Of a stretch of 64,000 bases of DNA, positions 31,010-40,488 are shown piece after piece. The first letter of the stretch is position 1; every line of letters starts with the position of its first letter. The notes under the pieces are model-generated. The model did not search any database. It saw only the letters and a list, made by a program, of their open reading frames with translations, and was not told the DNA's origin. Source of the stretch: an uncultured Planctomycetales bacterium (GTDB lineage: Bacteria > Omnitrophota > Gorgyraeia > Gygaellales > Profunditerraquicolaceae); the NCBI GenBank assembly GCA_964645795.1, contig CAZYCL010000008.1, forward strand, positions 8,166 through 72,165, read 5' to 3'. A program made the translations under genes and the position numbers.

Positions 31010-31543
31010 CTAGTGCAGGCGCATGCTGTGCAAGATGCGCTTGAACATCCTTTTGTAGATACGGTAGTCATCCTCCGAGGCGACACAGGTGACGATATAC
31101 ACCCTGCCGCGGGAGAACCAGGCAGCGGTATTGAAGATGAGGGTTATGGCGGTGAGCTTACTTTCGAAGTAAAGGCTCCTGCCGGGGTTAAACCCGGAGA
31201 AGATCCTGCTTTCTTCCATGTTCTTGACGTTGGGGATGGTATTCTCGATCTCCTGCTTGTTGGCCTCGAAGAACTGCTCCATGGAGATCTCGGCGGGCAT
31301 ATCTTTGACGATAACGTTGATATTGGCCTGGAACTTGTTTGGGATCCTGGCGTATTTGGGGTCCTTCACCAATATCGCCATGCCCTTGAGATTGGCCTTC
31401 TCCTGCTTCCAGTTCCTGGGCAGAAGTATGGAGAACTGGTTCTTCTTGTCCTCATAGAGCCTTACGGGCTGGAAAAAGCTGCAGCCTGAAACCAAGAGTG
31501 CCAGCGAAAGGAAAAAAGCTAAAAATCTGATATTTCTAATCAT
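31010..31543 (-). CDS. Lipoprotein of unknown function (signal peptide plus lipobox LVSGC)
   Basis: ORF track. MIRNIRFLAFFLSLALLVSGC; no further identification. Confidence 0.6.
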   Translation of the reverse strand: MIRNIRFLAFFLSLALLVSGCSFFQPVRLYEDKKNQFSILLPRNWKQEKANLKGMAILVKDPKYARIPNKFQANINVIVKDMPAEISMEQFFEANKQEIENTIPNVKNMEESRIFSGFNPGRSLYFESKLTAITLIFNTAAWFSRGRVYIVTCVASEDDYRIYKRMFKRILHSMRLH

Positions 31544-31579
31544 ATTAATAAGAAGTTTTTACTGCGAGGTAAGCCGGAC

Positions 31580-32467
31580 CTACATTTTGGGGATGAGGCT
31601 GCCTTCCATGAATTTTAGCATGATAGGGCCGGCCACGACAATCATAATAGCCGGAAGAATGCAAAAAAGCAAGGGAAAAAGTATCTTCAGGGATGCCTTG
31701 ATAGCGTAGCGCTCACCGTTCTGGAAACGCCTATCGCGGGTATCTTCGGATATGTTCCTGAAAGTCTCCTCCAGTGGCGTACCCATACGCTCTGCCTGGA
31801 CAATGGTGCGCACAAAGGTATTTATATCCATGCTTTCAAGGCGGCGCGCCATGTCTTTGAGCGCCTCAGTGCGGGTCTTGCCCATCTTGGTTTCATTCAG
31901 GACCATCTCCAGCTGTTCGATAAAGGGATCAGTGTCGCTTTTTTCAATCAACCACTTTACCGATGTAAGAAAATCGGCTCCCGCGCTTATGCACATATCC
32001 AAGAGATCCACAGTCTCGGGAAAGATCATGATTATAGCTTCTTTTTTGGCCTTGACCCTGTTCAAGAGGATCATATCGGGAACGAAAAACCCCAGCAGCA
32101 GCCCGCCCACGGCGTAAAGCATGTTGTAAAACGAGACGTAAAGCACCAGTGCCGCCACAATGCCCAAGACAAGCTTCTGCAGGAGCAACAAAGACATGTC
32201 CTGGCGTATCTTGAACACCTCACAGCGGCTTCTCAGTTTTTTGAAATACGGCATATTGGCCCAGGGCCGGAAGAGCGCAACGACAGGCTGGAATAATTTT
32301 GATTCGGAGAAAGGGACCTTTTTTTTGGCGGAAAGCGGGCCGATGGTCCCCGGACGGTTAAACAGGCTGGGCCTGGACTCCAGCCTGTTGAAAAGCACTC
32401 CTATCGACAAAAGAAAGGCTGCCGCTCCGACTAGAATCAATACCAATATAAAAGACGGTGTAATCAT
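31580..32467 (-). CDS. tadC: Tad pilus assembly inner-membrane protein, TadC-like (T2SS-F domain)
   Basis: 295 aa. Membrane helices flank a cytoplasmic T2SSF-like domain. Adjacent to a TadB-like paralog and pilin genes. Confidence 0.65.
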   Translation of the reverse strand: MITPSFILVLILVGAAAFLLSIGVLFNRLESRPSLFNRPGTIGPLSAKKKVPFSESKLFQPVVALFRPWANMPYFKKLRSRCEVFKIRQDMSLLLLQKLVLGIVAALVLYVSFYNMLYAVGGLLLGFFVPDMILLNRVKAKKEAIIMIFPETVDLLDMCISAGADFLTSVKWLIEKSDTDPFIEQLEMVLNETKMGKTRTEALKDMARRLESMDINTFVRTIVQAERMGTPLEETFRNISEDTRDRRFQNGERYAIKASLKILFPLLFCILPAIMIVVAGPIMLKFMEGSLIPKM

Positions 32468-32473
32468 GCGCTT

Positions 32474-33334
32474 TTAAAACTTAGAAGAGCTTATCCTACG
32501 GATAAGGATCATGCCTGCCACCTGCAGGGCAACGGCTACCAGCATCAGAAGACGGCCTTTTTCGGTATTAAGGAATATCTCAAAGTGCTCGGGGTTATTG
32601 GAGTAAACAAAATAGACAAAGACAAAAGGGAGTATGGACATGACTACGCCCTGCAGCTTTCCCTGCATGGTAAGGATGGCAATTTTGGCTTTAAGTTTTA
32701 TGTTATTGCGGATGGTGTCGGTGAGCCGGCTTAAAACCTTAGGCAGGTCTCCTCCGGACTCACGGGCAATAAGCAGCGCAGTCACCAAGAGGTTTACTTC
32801 CTCCAAGGGCAGGCGCTTCCTCATCCTCTTAAGCGACTCATCGAGACTGACCCCCCACTTGTTCTCCTTAAGCACCATCCCGAACTCAAGGGAAGCGGGA
32901 GGAGGCATCTCAGAGCATAACACCTCGATAGCCTGGATAAAGCTTAACCCCGCTTTTACCGAAGAGGAGAGGATCATGAGGCTGTCAACCATCTGGCCGC
33001 GGAACTTCTTGATGTGCCTGGCCCGGGCAAATTTAATGAGCATCCCGGGCAGGAAGAGGCCGAAGGCAAAGCCCACGATGATACCGATTATATGCTTTGA
33101 AATGAGGAACCCGGCTAAAGCAACGACAAGCGGCGAGAAGATAAGCATGAGCCGGTGGCGCTTGTCCTCGATGAAGATAAAAGACTCTTCCAGCCCCACG
33201 GAAAGGCGCTGTGCCCTTCTATTTTGAGACTCGGCGATCTTATTGAGTATGACCGGCAGGTAGGTATTAAGCAGATAAAAGCTAATGAGGGTTGCAGCGG
33301 CGAAAACAGCGAAAATTATTGCTACTATAAGCAT
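32474..33334 (-). CDS. tadB: Tad pilus assembly inner-membrane protein, TadB-like (T2SS-F domain)
   Basis: 286 aa with N- and C-terminal TM segments and a central T2SSF-type domain (…IARESGGDLPKVLSRL…). Confidence 0.65.
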   Translation of the reverse strand: MLIVAIIFAVFAAATLISFYLLNTYLPVILNKIAESQNRRAQRLSVGLEESFIFIEDKRHRLMLIFSPLVVALAGFLISKHIIGIIVGFAFGLFLPGMLIKFARARHIKKFRGQMVDSLMILSSSVKAGLSFIQAIEVLCSEMPPPASLEFGMVLKENKWGVSLDESLKRMRKRLPLEEVNLLVTALLIARESGGDLPKVLSRLTDTIRNNIKLKAKIAILTMQGKLQGVVMSILPFVFVYFVYSNNPEHFEIFLNTEKGRLLMLVAVALQVAGMILIRRISSSKF

Positions 33335-33336
33335 CT

Positions 33337-33510
33337 TTAGGGATTATATAATTCACCCTGCCCGAAGGCGTCTCCAGCGTCCCTTATTTTGCCGGACAGG
33401 CTGTTTCTTATATAATACCCCATAATCAGCAAAGCTGCAAGCACTAAAGCAAGCAGGACAGCGTAGTCGAGTATCTCTTGACCTTTCCTTGATCTGGCTG
33501 ATCTCATCAT
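33337..33510 (-). CDS. Small Flp/TadE-like prepilin (57 aa). Not in the ORF track because it is under 60 aa.
   Basis: Hand translation: MMRSARSRKGQEILDYAVLLALVLAALLIMGYYIRNSLSGKIRDAGDAFGQGELYNP*. It has a G-Q-x-x-x-(E/D)-Y class-III-type prepilin signal followed by a hydrophobic helix. It sits between the secreted-protein gene and tadB. Confidence 0.6.
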   Translation of the reverse strand: MMRSARSRKGQEILDYAVLLALVLAALLIMGYYIRNSLSGKIRDAGDAFGQGELYNP

Positions 33511-33513
33511 AAG

Positions 33514-34419
33514 TTAATATCCAGAAGAATCGCTTTTAGTAAACAATACGGTTACCATCGAGCCAAGATCAGGACCGGCATAATGCTGCACGACGTTGAT
33601 ATCGGCCTTGCCTCTTGACGATTCAAACGACATAAACGCGCTTTGGCTGATCATCTTTTCGATATTCAACCCGCCCTCAACCGGGGCCATGCCTTTTAGG
33701 GAAGGGCTTAATTTCAGCTCCTTACCCTTCTTCATTTTTCTTGCCTCTCTGTTGTACTCTTCGACCACATCCGAACCCTGCCGGTCCGAGACCATCTTCC
33801 AGCCGTAAGCCGGCATACTGGAACGGTAAAAATCCGCTGCCTGCGCAGGGGTCAGTTTTGTCTGGTAGGCATAGGCGGTGTAAAAAAGGTTCGGCTGAGG
33901 GCTGGCCAGACGTATGCTGTCCGGAGGCCGCGGGATAAAAGAAATGTCCTGGCCCGGCAGGTCCTCTTTGGGCAGCTCCGAAAAAGCCGTATCTCTAGAC
34001 GTTGGCCTTAACTGCTCCAAAGGAAGGCTGCCCGGCGACTCAATATGCTTTCCGGCGACGATGCGGGTCGAGCCGTCTTTGCTTTTTACGGAAATGGTCG
34101 CTACCTTATCGCCCTTCTTAAACCTCAAGAATACCTCTCCGGTCTTAGGGTTCCTCTGGTCCATGATATTTTGAAAACCTGATGCTGCAAGGCTGCGGCG
34201 GAAGAACTCCGCTGTATCCAAATCGCTTTGCTGCGTGTAATAAAGAAAGGATTTGACTGGCCTGCCGCCGTGGATAATATCCTTTTGGTCCTGCAAGACG
34301 GCATCTGCCGGGACAGCCAGCTCAAAATCGATATCGCTTTCTGCCCAAGAGAGGCCCCCCGGAAAAAGTAAAACCGCGAACGCGGCTAAGAACAGAAAAA
34401 ACCTGGCTCCTGTACGCAT
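33514..34419 (-). CDS. Secreted hypothetical protein (signal peptide), pilus-locus associated
   Basis: ORF track. MRTGARFFLFLAAFAVLLFPGGLSWA; no recognizable domain. Confidence 0.55.
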   Translation of the reverse strand: MRTGARFFLFLAAFAVLLFPGGLSWAESDIDFELAVPADAVLQDQKDIIHGGRPVKSFLYYTQQSDLDTAEFFRRSLAASGFQNIMDQRNPKTGEVFLRFKKGDKVATISVKSKDGSTRIVAGKHIESPGSLPLEQLRPTSRDTAFSELPKEDLPGQDISFIPRPPDSIRLASPQPNLFYTAYAYQTKLTPAQAADFYRSSMPAYGWKMVSDRQGSDVVEEYNREARKMKKGKELKLSPSLKGMAPVEGGLNIEKMISQSAFMSFESSRGKADINVVQHYAGPDLGSMVTVLFTKSDSSGY

Positions 34420-34420
34420 A

Positions 34421-35752
34421 TTATTGTGTTCTCATCAGCTCTGTTTCAAAAAGGTGATGCTGGGTATTGACCAAGCCGTCGGTGCAGGCGGAAAAATCCC
34501 AGGAGGATAGGCCATCGACCAAACATTGGATAAGCGTATGAAAAATCGTCGGCTCGATGGTCTCGTGTCCGGTCTTCATATAGGCGTGAGCGCTGGCTTT
34601 AGCGCCTACTGCCCCGTACTTAAATATCCACAAACCCAGGGTGCGGTTGTTGGCCTTATACCTTTTAACGTGCACACTAATGGGGTTATTGTCGGTTGCA
34701 TTGCGCACGCCTGTCTCTCCCAGTTCCGCAAAGCTAAGCCCGAAAGGCAATAAACCAAACAACGGGCAGATCATGGCTACGAATATAGCGATTATGCCGG
34801 CGATGAGCACAAACCACCAGGGGGCATTGTCTGTAGCCCTTTCCATTATAGCGTCAAACACGATCCCGGCAAGGTCCATGGCGGTCATGTATAAAAACAG
34901 GTTGTACTGAGAAGCACCCTGCACCGTCACCTCAACGTAGTTGGCGTGCTGCCTGTAGCTGTTACTCTCAAAACGGTCAGGAGTGCTTGCCCCAGGCGCG
35001 TTATGGCTGCCGCCCGAGTCGATATATCCGAAGCTGTTGGTAATGGTGGCGTCGGGGTTAGAGGTCCAGCCGTAACCTGAGGTGACAATGTAACGGGAGG
35101 CGTTGCTCGGCCGGATCCTGCCGATAGGCCTGGCAAACCCGATCTTATCCCAATCCATAAAGTGCGCCAGGCCGCTCTGGCTTAAGTATCGCGCGCGGTC
35201 CGTTTCAAGCCTGGTGTATTCGTTGTTATAGGAAATGAGGCTTGCGGCATCCAGAGAACGGGGGTCCTGGACCCCGCAGGCCCTTAAGAATTGTTCAAAG
35301 GTAGGCCGTGGCTCATCTATGCCGGCGTTGTTAAAGGCGTACTGCATAGCGGTCTTCTTGGCATTAGACCAGGCGACCCTGGTCTCTCCCCAACACTTTA
35401 TCACGGCTAATATCTGGGAGATATAATAGGCTATGGCTATGGCTATGGCTACTGCCGTGCCATAAGGGGGGAAGCAGGCGGCGATGATTATGGCAATGGT
35501 GCAGACCAAGCCCTGGCCGCACATCTGCTCGCTCTTTAGCCCCAAAGCCAGTAGCTCTCCGCTTAAGACGCTGGCAGCAGCCAGCGCTCCGGCATCCGCG
35601 GCGTTGGAAGCATCAGTGCGAAAGAGCGTAAGCTGGCCGGCGTTCAGAGTAATCATGAAAGCGATGATCAATAAGGCGGTTATAGCGATAAGAAAAGGGA
35701 ATATCTGGCCCTTTTCGTAATGCGTCTTGTTGTTGGCAAAACAAATGAACAT
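34421..35752 (-). CDS. TadG-like pilus assembly protein (TadG N-terminal-like domain)
   Basis: N-terminal TM followed by ...LTLFRTDASNAADAGALAAASVL..., resembling the Tad/TadG N-terminal motif. 443 aa. Confidence 0.5.
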   Translation of the reverse strand: MFICFANNKTHYEKGQIFPFLIAITALLIIAFMITLNAGQLTLFRTDASNAADAGALAAASVLSGELLALGLKSEQMCGQGLVCTIAIIIAACFPPYGTAVAIAIAIAYYISQILAVIKCWGETRVAWSNAKKTAMQYAFNNAGIDEPRPTFEQFLRACGVQDPRSLDAASLISYNNEYTRLETDRARYLSQSGLAHFMDWDKIGFARPIGRIRPSNASRYIVTSGYGWTSNPDATITNSFGYIDSGGSHNAPGASTPDRFESNSYRQHANYVEVTVQGASQYNLFLYMTAMDLAGIVFDAIMERATDNAPWWFVLIAGIIAIFVAMICPLFGLLPFGLSFAELGETGVRNATDNNPISVHVKRYKANNRTLGLWIFKYGAVGAKASAHAYMKTGHETIEPTIFHTLIQCLVDGLSSWDFSACTDGLVNTQHHLFETELMRTQ

Positions 35753-35777
35753 CTACCTGCTCCTTCTACGCTTGATA

Positions 35778-37292
35778 CTATTCAATAGTTTGCCATCTAC
35801 CGGTTTTGGAACGGCTATCGTAATTATCAACAAGATCATCATCGCTGACGCTATTAAGGGTCGTTGTTTGCCTGGGGTTTAGGCTGCCTTCAGCTTGCAT
35901 CGGCTCTAACTCAGGCCGATGAGGGCCTTCGGGATCTTCGCCGTCGCCGTCATCTTCTTCAGGCGGCTCTGGATCTCCTCCGGGATTCCAGTCGCCCTCC
36001 TCGTCATCTTCATTATCATAGCCTTCGGTATCCGGCTCATCCAGCATGTAATCATCCGCGTCAGTAGTAAGTTCAAAGATCAGGGGCGAGCAGCGCAGCT
36101 GGGACATGGCAGCCCCAAGGTAGAAGCCTCCCACTTCAGAGCACTGCACGCAGCATTTGGCCATGCGCTTAAGCTGCTTCCTTTCGCTTTTACCCTCCAG
36201 TTTGTCGCACTTGGTATCATCCTCAATATCCTTAGCGGTGCCGTAGGCAGAGTTGCAGAGCGCGGTGCATCTATTGTAGCGATCCTGATTCTCGACATTA
36301 TTCGGATCATCTTCATCCAAAAAGTCTCCGCAGGATTCCAGGCAGTCATCGCGGGCAGCCCGGCAATCCACGTTTTTGGGGTCATCTGAATCGTCGCCTA
36401 CGTCGCACAATAAGAAACACATATCCGCGGCGTAAAAGGCGATCTTCAGGGCGCCGCTCCTGCAGAGCGTATTCTTTTCGTTATCGTCGGCGCAGGCTTC
36501 CTGGGCAAAAGCAAAGGTCTCATTGGGATCAATAAAATCGCTGGGATCCTCGCAGCAGTTCTTTGAAACTACGCCTGTAGTATACAACGCAGAAGCCTGC
36601 CACAAAAGCCTCATCCCCATATCCCCAAGCCGATAAGCGGCTGCGATGAGGGTAAAGGCGGCTTTACCGCTTCGTTGCATGGCTTGACCAAAAAGATCTG
36701 CGCCTTGGTGCAAAAGATCCAGGCCTTCCCGGCCTAAAGTAGGAGGCTCGCCCGGAAGCGGCTCGCCTACATATATCTGTGATACGTTATACTCATACGC
36801 CTCCTCCCCCTTCTCTGTGCACATGCATATGGCAAAGGGGGCGCAGTTTGTATCAAAGTCGTCTGCGCTTCCGCAGGTCCCGTCATCGTTTGCCAGGGCC
36901 CATTCCATGCACTCTCTCCTCATATCCTCTTCAGTAGGACCGGGAGGCGCGCCGGTAACGGTTTCAGAGCTCTCTCCTCTGAACACCCAATTGTCGGTGA
37001 GGTCCAGAGGTTCGTAAGGACGCTGGGCAAAAGTAAGGTTAGCTTCATCAGTCCAGTTGGCCCTGATGCCTAACGGCGTTTTTTCCGTATTATACATCTG
37101 GTCAAGCTGTCCGGATTGGTCCTCGTAGCCGACCTTTCCGGCAATAAGGCGGCTTTCCTGATAGACGTGCTGCCTGCGGGCGTAGTTGGCGTCAAACCAG
37201 ATCCAAACCCTGACTATTCCCAGGGTCAAGGCAGAGACGGCAATAAAGGCGATGATGAAGTCCAGCGCTGACTGCGCTTTTCTATTTTCCAT
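35778..37292 (-). CDS. TadE-like pseudopilin-type protein with a large Cys-rich, highly acidic extracellular domain
   Basis: N-terminus RKAQSALDFIIAFIAVSALTL fits the TadE signal. There are about 30 cysteines, and the C-terminal tail is acidic (DEPDTEGYDNEDDEEGDWNPGGDPEPPEEDDGDGEDPEG). Confidence 0.5.
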   Translation of the reverse strand: MENRKAQSALDFIIAFIAVSALTLGIVRVWIWFDANYARRQHVYQESRLIAGKVGYEDQSGQLDQMYNTEKTPLGIRANWTDEANLTFAQRPYEPLDLTDNWVFRGESSETVTGAPPGPTEEDMRRECMEWALANDDGTCGSADDFDTNCAPFAICMCTEKGEEAYEYNVSQIYVGEPLPGEPPTLGREGLDLLHQGADLFGQAMQRSGKAAFTLIAAAYRLGDMGMRLLWQASALYTTGVVSKNCCEDPSDFIDPNETFAFAQEACADDNEKNTLCRSGALKIAFYAADMCFLLCDVGDDSDDPKNVDCRAARDDCLESCGDFLDEDDPNNVENQDRYNRCTALCNSAYGTAKDIEDDTKCDKLEGKSERKQLKRMAKCCVQCSEVGGFYLGAAMSQLRCSPLIFELTTDADDYMLDEPDTEGYDNEDDEEGDWNPGGDPEPPEEDDGDGEDPEGPHRPELEPMQAEGSLNPRQTTTLNSVSDDDLVDNYDSRSKTGRWQTIE

Positions 37293-37304
37293 AGTATTGC
37301 CCCC

Positions 37305-38069
37305 TTACTGGACAGGAGTGCTCCAGCTCCTGCTTCTTGAGATAACGTTGCCGACGCTTTCGGTATTATATTCGTAACGGTTCTCTTCGTTCAAAAGCAA
37401 GCCCTGACCACCTGTTTCGTAATTCGCGCGCTCTTCATATTGAGGGGCCGGGGTATAGTCATCCTCAGGATGCCTGCCCTCGGAGGTATCAAAACGGGTA
37501 TAAATAGTTGTGGCTAAAGTATCCTGCAGCTGCGAGGAGCGGGCGTTAGCAACTATACCGCCTGCCTCTCTTTTAGAAAACGAGGTGGAGTATGACTCAT
37601 CTCGCACGCTGGTTTCGCGATAGACGTTAACCGGCATCTTGGCTTCCTGCTTGCCGCCCATGGCATCGTAAATAACCTTGTCCTCGCGCGGAAGACCATC
37701 GTCCGGATCTCCTATCATCATCCCGTTTATCTCATAAAAGGCGAACGACTGTTCATCTTTGGCACCCTGCGCTCCGGGCTGACCCATCTGCCACATGACG
37801 CTGGCAGTAGAGCTAAGGCTGGTTGCCTGGCCCTGGCCCCAGCCGCCGGATAAGCTTGCCAGGCGGGTATCTTTTTTTAGGGAGTAGGAGACGCTGCTGT
37901 TTTTTTCGTAGGCCTTTTGCAGGGCCTTGCGGAAAGCTTCCATCTTGAGCTGATTCTGCATCTCAAGCCGCTGGCCGTAAGTGACGAGGGTGGAGAGCAC
38001 CAGGATCATGATCGTGCCGAATACGGCAAGCTCTATCGCTGCCTGGCCTCTATTCCTGCAAATTCTCAT
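37305..38069 (-). CDS. TadE/TadF-like pseudopilin
   Basis: MRICRNRGQAAIELAVFGTIMILVLSTLV carries the canonical TadE-family motif GQAAIE(L/F)A. Confidence 0.6.
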   Translation of the reverse strand: MRICRNRGQAAIELAVFGTIMILVLSTLVTYGQRLEMQNQLKMEAFRKALQKAYEKNSSVSYSLKKDTRLASLSGGWGQGQATSLSSTASVMWQMGQPGAQGAKDEQSFAFYEINGMMIGDPDDGLPREDKVIYDAMGGKQEAKMPVNVYRETSVRDESYSTSFSKREAGGIVANARSSQLQDTLATTIYTRFDTSEGRHPEDDYTPAPQYEERANYETGGQGLLLNEENRYEYNTESVGNVISRSRSWSTPVQ

Positions 38070-38111
38070 ACCACTCTCCTGCTTAATGTATATTTATAAA
38101 GACAAAACGCC

Positions 38112-38609
38112 TTACCAAAAACCCATACCCGACGGGGTTGGTATGTCCAGGCTCCAATCGAAGTCAAATAGCCACCCCAGATCTTCCAGTCCGGATAAGT
38201 CCAGGTCTAGCCCTAAACCGCTTCCTGTGTTGTTCTCGGTAACACCGATCGCGTTCAGCAATGCCTCTGCCCCTTCATCTACGCCGCCTGAAGTGCTGGT
38301 TTGGCTCTCTGAGCTGGAAGCTACGGTGCTTATGACTACCGAGGATTCTGTCCCGGAGTGATTTTCCTGAAGCCGGTAATTGGAGGCCTGCGTGCCGGTA
38401 GCATATACCCTTGAGGTCTCATCGCCCTTATAATCGTGCGGCTCCTGGCCCCAGCCTTCCCATAGAAGATAATTGGCGGTAGCGCCGATCTTCTTCATGT
38501 ATGCGCGCTTAAGCGGGTTGCCAAAAAGAGTAAAGAGGCTGAGTGCCACTCCGAGCGTCACTACCCAGCTTATCAGGCTGTTGGCCTTGTTTGAACTAGC
38601 GATCTTCAT
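38112..38609 (-). CDS. Membrane-anchored Ser/Thr-rich hypothetical protein in the pilin array
   Basis: ORF track. It has one N-terminal TM helix (SLISWVVTLGVALSLFTLF) and no prepilin motif. Confidence 0.5.
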   Translation of the reverse strand: MKIASSNKANSLISWVVTLGVALSLFTLFGNPLKRAYMKKIGATANYLLWEGWGQEPHDYKGDETSRVYATGTQASNYRLQENHSGTESSVVISTVASSSESQTSTSGGVDEGAEALLNAIGVTENNTGSGLGLDLDLSGLEDLGWLFDFDWSLDIPTPSGMGFW

Positions 38610-38914
38610 TGATAGGCCTCCACTCTCTCGCTCCTGGTCGTAGTCATAGAGCTGGAGCCGGTTGTTTGTGTCGCGCCGTCCGGCACGCCGGAGCCGCCTA
38701 CGCGGGTTGTGGAGCTGGAGGAGGTAGTGGTGATGATATTGGAGGTAGTGTGGCCGGGAGAGTACTGCGGGCCGACGTTATCAGCCTGCTCTTTAAGCCC
38801 TCCCTGATAGGCCCTTTTGATATAAAACTGCATCACCAGCAAAGCGCTGATGACCACCGCCACCAGTAGCGCATACTCGGGTATGCTTTGAGCTTTTCGC
38901 GACCAAAACCTCAC
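38606..38914 (-). CDS. Flp/TadE-like prepilin paralog (102 aa) with a Ser/Thr-rich tail
   Basis: MRFWSRKAQSIPEYALLVAVVISALLVMQ followed by ...TTTSSSSTTRVGGSG... Confidence 0.65.
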   Translation of the reverse strand: MRFWSRKAQSIPEYALLVAVVISALLVMQFYIKRAYQGGLKEQADNVGPQYSPGHTTSNIITTTSSSSTTRVGGSGVPDGATQTTGSSSMTTTRSERVEAYQ

Positions 38915-38949
38915 TACCTCCTCCTTGTTAGAGCAGCAAGCTAATATGC

Positions 38950-39366
38950 TTAAAAATCAGCCACGACATCAGTAGGCAAATCACCGGCTTCATAGCCTTC
39001 GGCTGCTGCGCCGTCCATCCTGGCATTGCTGGTCGTAGTGCGGGTGCCTCCTGAGCGCTCCGAATAAGTCAGAGCACCCTCAGGAGCTCCGATGGAAATG
39101 GAGCCGCTAAGCGAGCTGATATTTCCTGAACCTGAAGTAATGGTTTCCTGACCGGACAAAATCCTGCTTACCCTGGTTGTCGTGCCTGTCGCAGAGAAGC
39201 CTTCGCCCATCTGATCAGAAGACTCCTTCAGGTGTCCGGAGTAGCCTCTTTTGATAAAAGTCTGCATAAGTATAAGGGCAGCAATAACCACAGCCATGAG
39301 TATCACATACTCGATTATTGACTGGCCTTTTCTTTTACGAGAAAAAACCATATTCCACCTCCTCAT
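38950..39366 (-). CDS. Flp/TadE-like prepilin paralog (138 aa)
   Basis: MRRWNMVFSRKRKGQSIIEYVILMAVVIAALILMQ. Confidence 0.65.
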   Translation of the reverse strand: MRRWNMVFSRKRKGQSIIEYVILMAVVIAALILMQTFIKRGYSGHLKESSDQMGEGFSATGTTTRVSRILSGQETITSGSGNISSLSGSISIGAPEGALTYSERSGGTRTTTSNARMDGAAAEGYEAGDLPTDVVADF

Positions 39367-39374
39367 TCTGATTT

Positions 39375-39722
39375 CTATTCGACTTCCATGCCGCCGGTTG
39401 CGGTCTCCAAAGAAACGGAGTTGGTTATGGAAGTAGTCACCCCGCCTGCTGTTTCTCCACCGCCCTTCCTCATGGTCTTGGTATAGCTATCCGCGGTCAC
39501 GTTGGTAGCGGAACCCTCTGAACTGAAAAGAGTTACGCTTGCATCGTTAGTCAACGTATCGTTTCCCGCGTCCAACAAATAATTCACCGCCTGCTTGCTT
39601 TTTGTACGCATACCACCCTTAAGCATCATCTGCATGACTCCCGCAGCAACCGCAGCCACCAGGGCGATGACAATCGCGTACTCGGCAACTGATTGCGCTT
39701 TCCTGGATAACCTCATAAACAC
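39375..39722 (-). CDS. Flp/TadE-like prepilin paralog (115 aa)
   Basis: MFMRLSRKAQSVAEYAIVIALVAAVAAGVMQ. Confidence 0.65.
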   Translation of the reverse strand: MFMRLSRKAQSVAEYAIVIALVAAVAAGVMQMMLKGGMRTKSKQAVNYLLDAGNDTLTNDASVTLFSSEGSATNVTADSYTKTMRKGGGETAGGVTTSITNSVSLETATGGMEVE

Positions 39723-39805
39723 CTCCTTAAAAAATAATTCGTATGACGACAGCGCTTCACAAAACCCTATATCTGTGATTGGCTGTTAACCTCCTCACCC
39801 CGATC

Positions 39806-40006
39806 TTATTGAAATACGCCGGTGTTCAGATTGCCCGCAACGTTGGTTACGGCATCGGTCACTGAATCATAGGACGTCTCAAGCTTGTTCTTCATGCCGC
39901 CCTGACCGCCTGCTCCCAATAAAACAACGATTATAGCCATGATGACCACCGCTAAAAGCAGGGTGTACTCCAGGATGCTCTGGCCCTTTCTCTGTTTTTT
40001 CCTCAT
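39806..40006 (-). CDS. Flp/TadE-like prepilin paralog (66 aa)
   Basis: MRKKQRKGQSILEYTLLLAVVIMAIIVVLLG. Confidence 0.65.
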   Translation of the reverse strand: MRKKQRKGQSILEYTLLLAVVIMAIIVVLLGAGGQGGMKNKLETSYDSVTDAVTNVAGNLNTGVFQ

Positions 40007-40060
40007 TCTCTCACCTCCCTTTTTTTAAAAATTTTATACCCTCAACAACTGCTCCATATC

Positions 40061-40465
40061 TTATTGGTAGTGCATTTCTTGCGCGTGCCCGCCACCGCCA
40101 CCACCTCCGCCGCCCGTGCTGCCGCCGGGGTTATGTATGGGGTCGGGATCGTCATATTCGACATAATCCGGCTCGCCCTGGTGCGGATTAGTCTGCACCA
40201 AAGGATTATTGCCTACCCCGGGAGAGAAAGACGTGGCGCTATTACCTCCGGGAGGAGCGGCAAGCGTGTGAGCGTTAGTCTGCCCCACTGCGTCGCTGCG
40301 CCTGTAACTTAACTCCTCTTGTATCAACTTTAACTTGGCGTTTACCGAACGGTAGAGATACCTGTGGGTAAGGGCAATGGCGCCGGCGACAACCATGAAA
40401 AGTATGACGTATTCGATTATGCTCTGCGCTTTACCGCTGGCTCTGGGCATTTTGCCCTCCTGCAA
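40061..40465 (-). CDS. Flp/TadE-like prepilin paralog (134 aa) with a poly-Gly C-terminus
   Basis: MPRASGKAQSIIEYVILFMVVAGAIAL followed by ...GGSTGGGGGGGGGHAQEMHYQ. Confidence 0.65.
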   Translation of the reverse strand: MQEGKMPRASGKAQSIIEYVILFMVVAGAIALTHRYLYRSVNAKLKLIQEELSYRRSDAVGQTNAHTLAAPPGGNSATSFSPGVGNNPLVQTNPHQGEPDYVEYDDPDPIHNPGGSTGGGGGGGGGHAQEMHYQ

Positions 40466-40488
40466 TCTTTTGGCCCTGAAAGGCCGCT

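Noticed and set aside
31013-31489. 158-aa plus-strand ORF, plus the similar antisense ORFs 59210..59980 (256 aa), 54984..55571 (195 aa), 46225..46638 and 44986..45582
   Set aside because: Each is fully embedded antisense to a gene with strong family motifs (lipoprotein, histidine kinases, secretin, ATPase). Glycine/valine/leucine-rich mirror translations.
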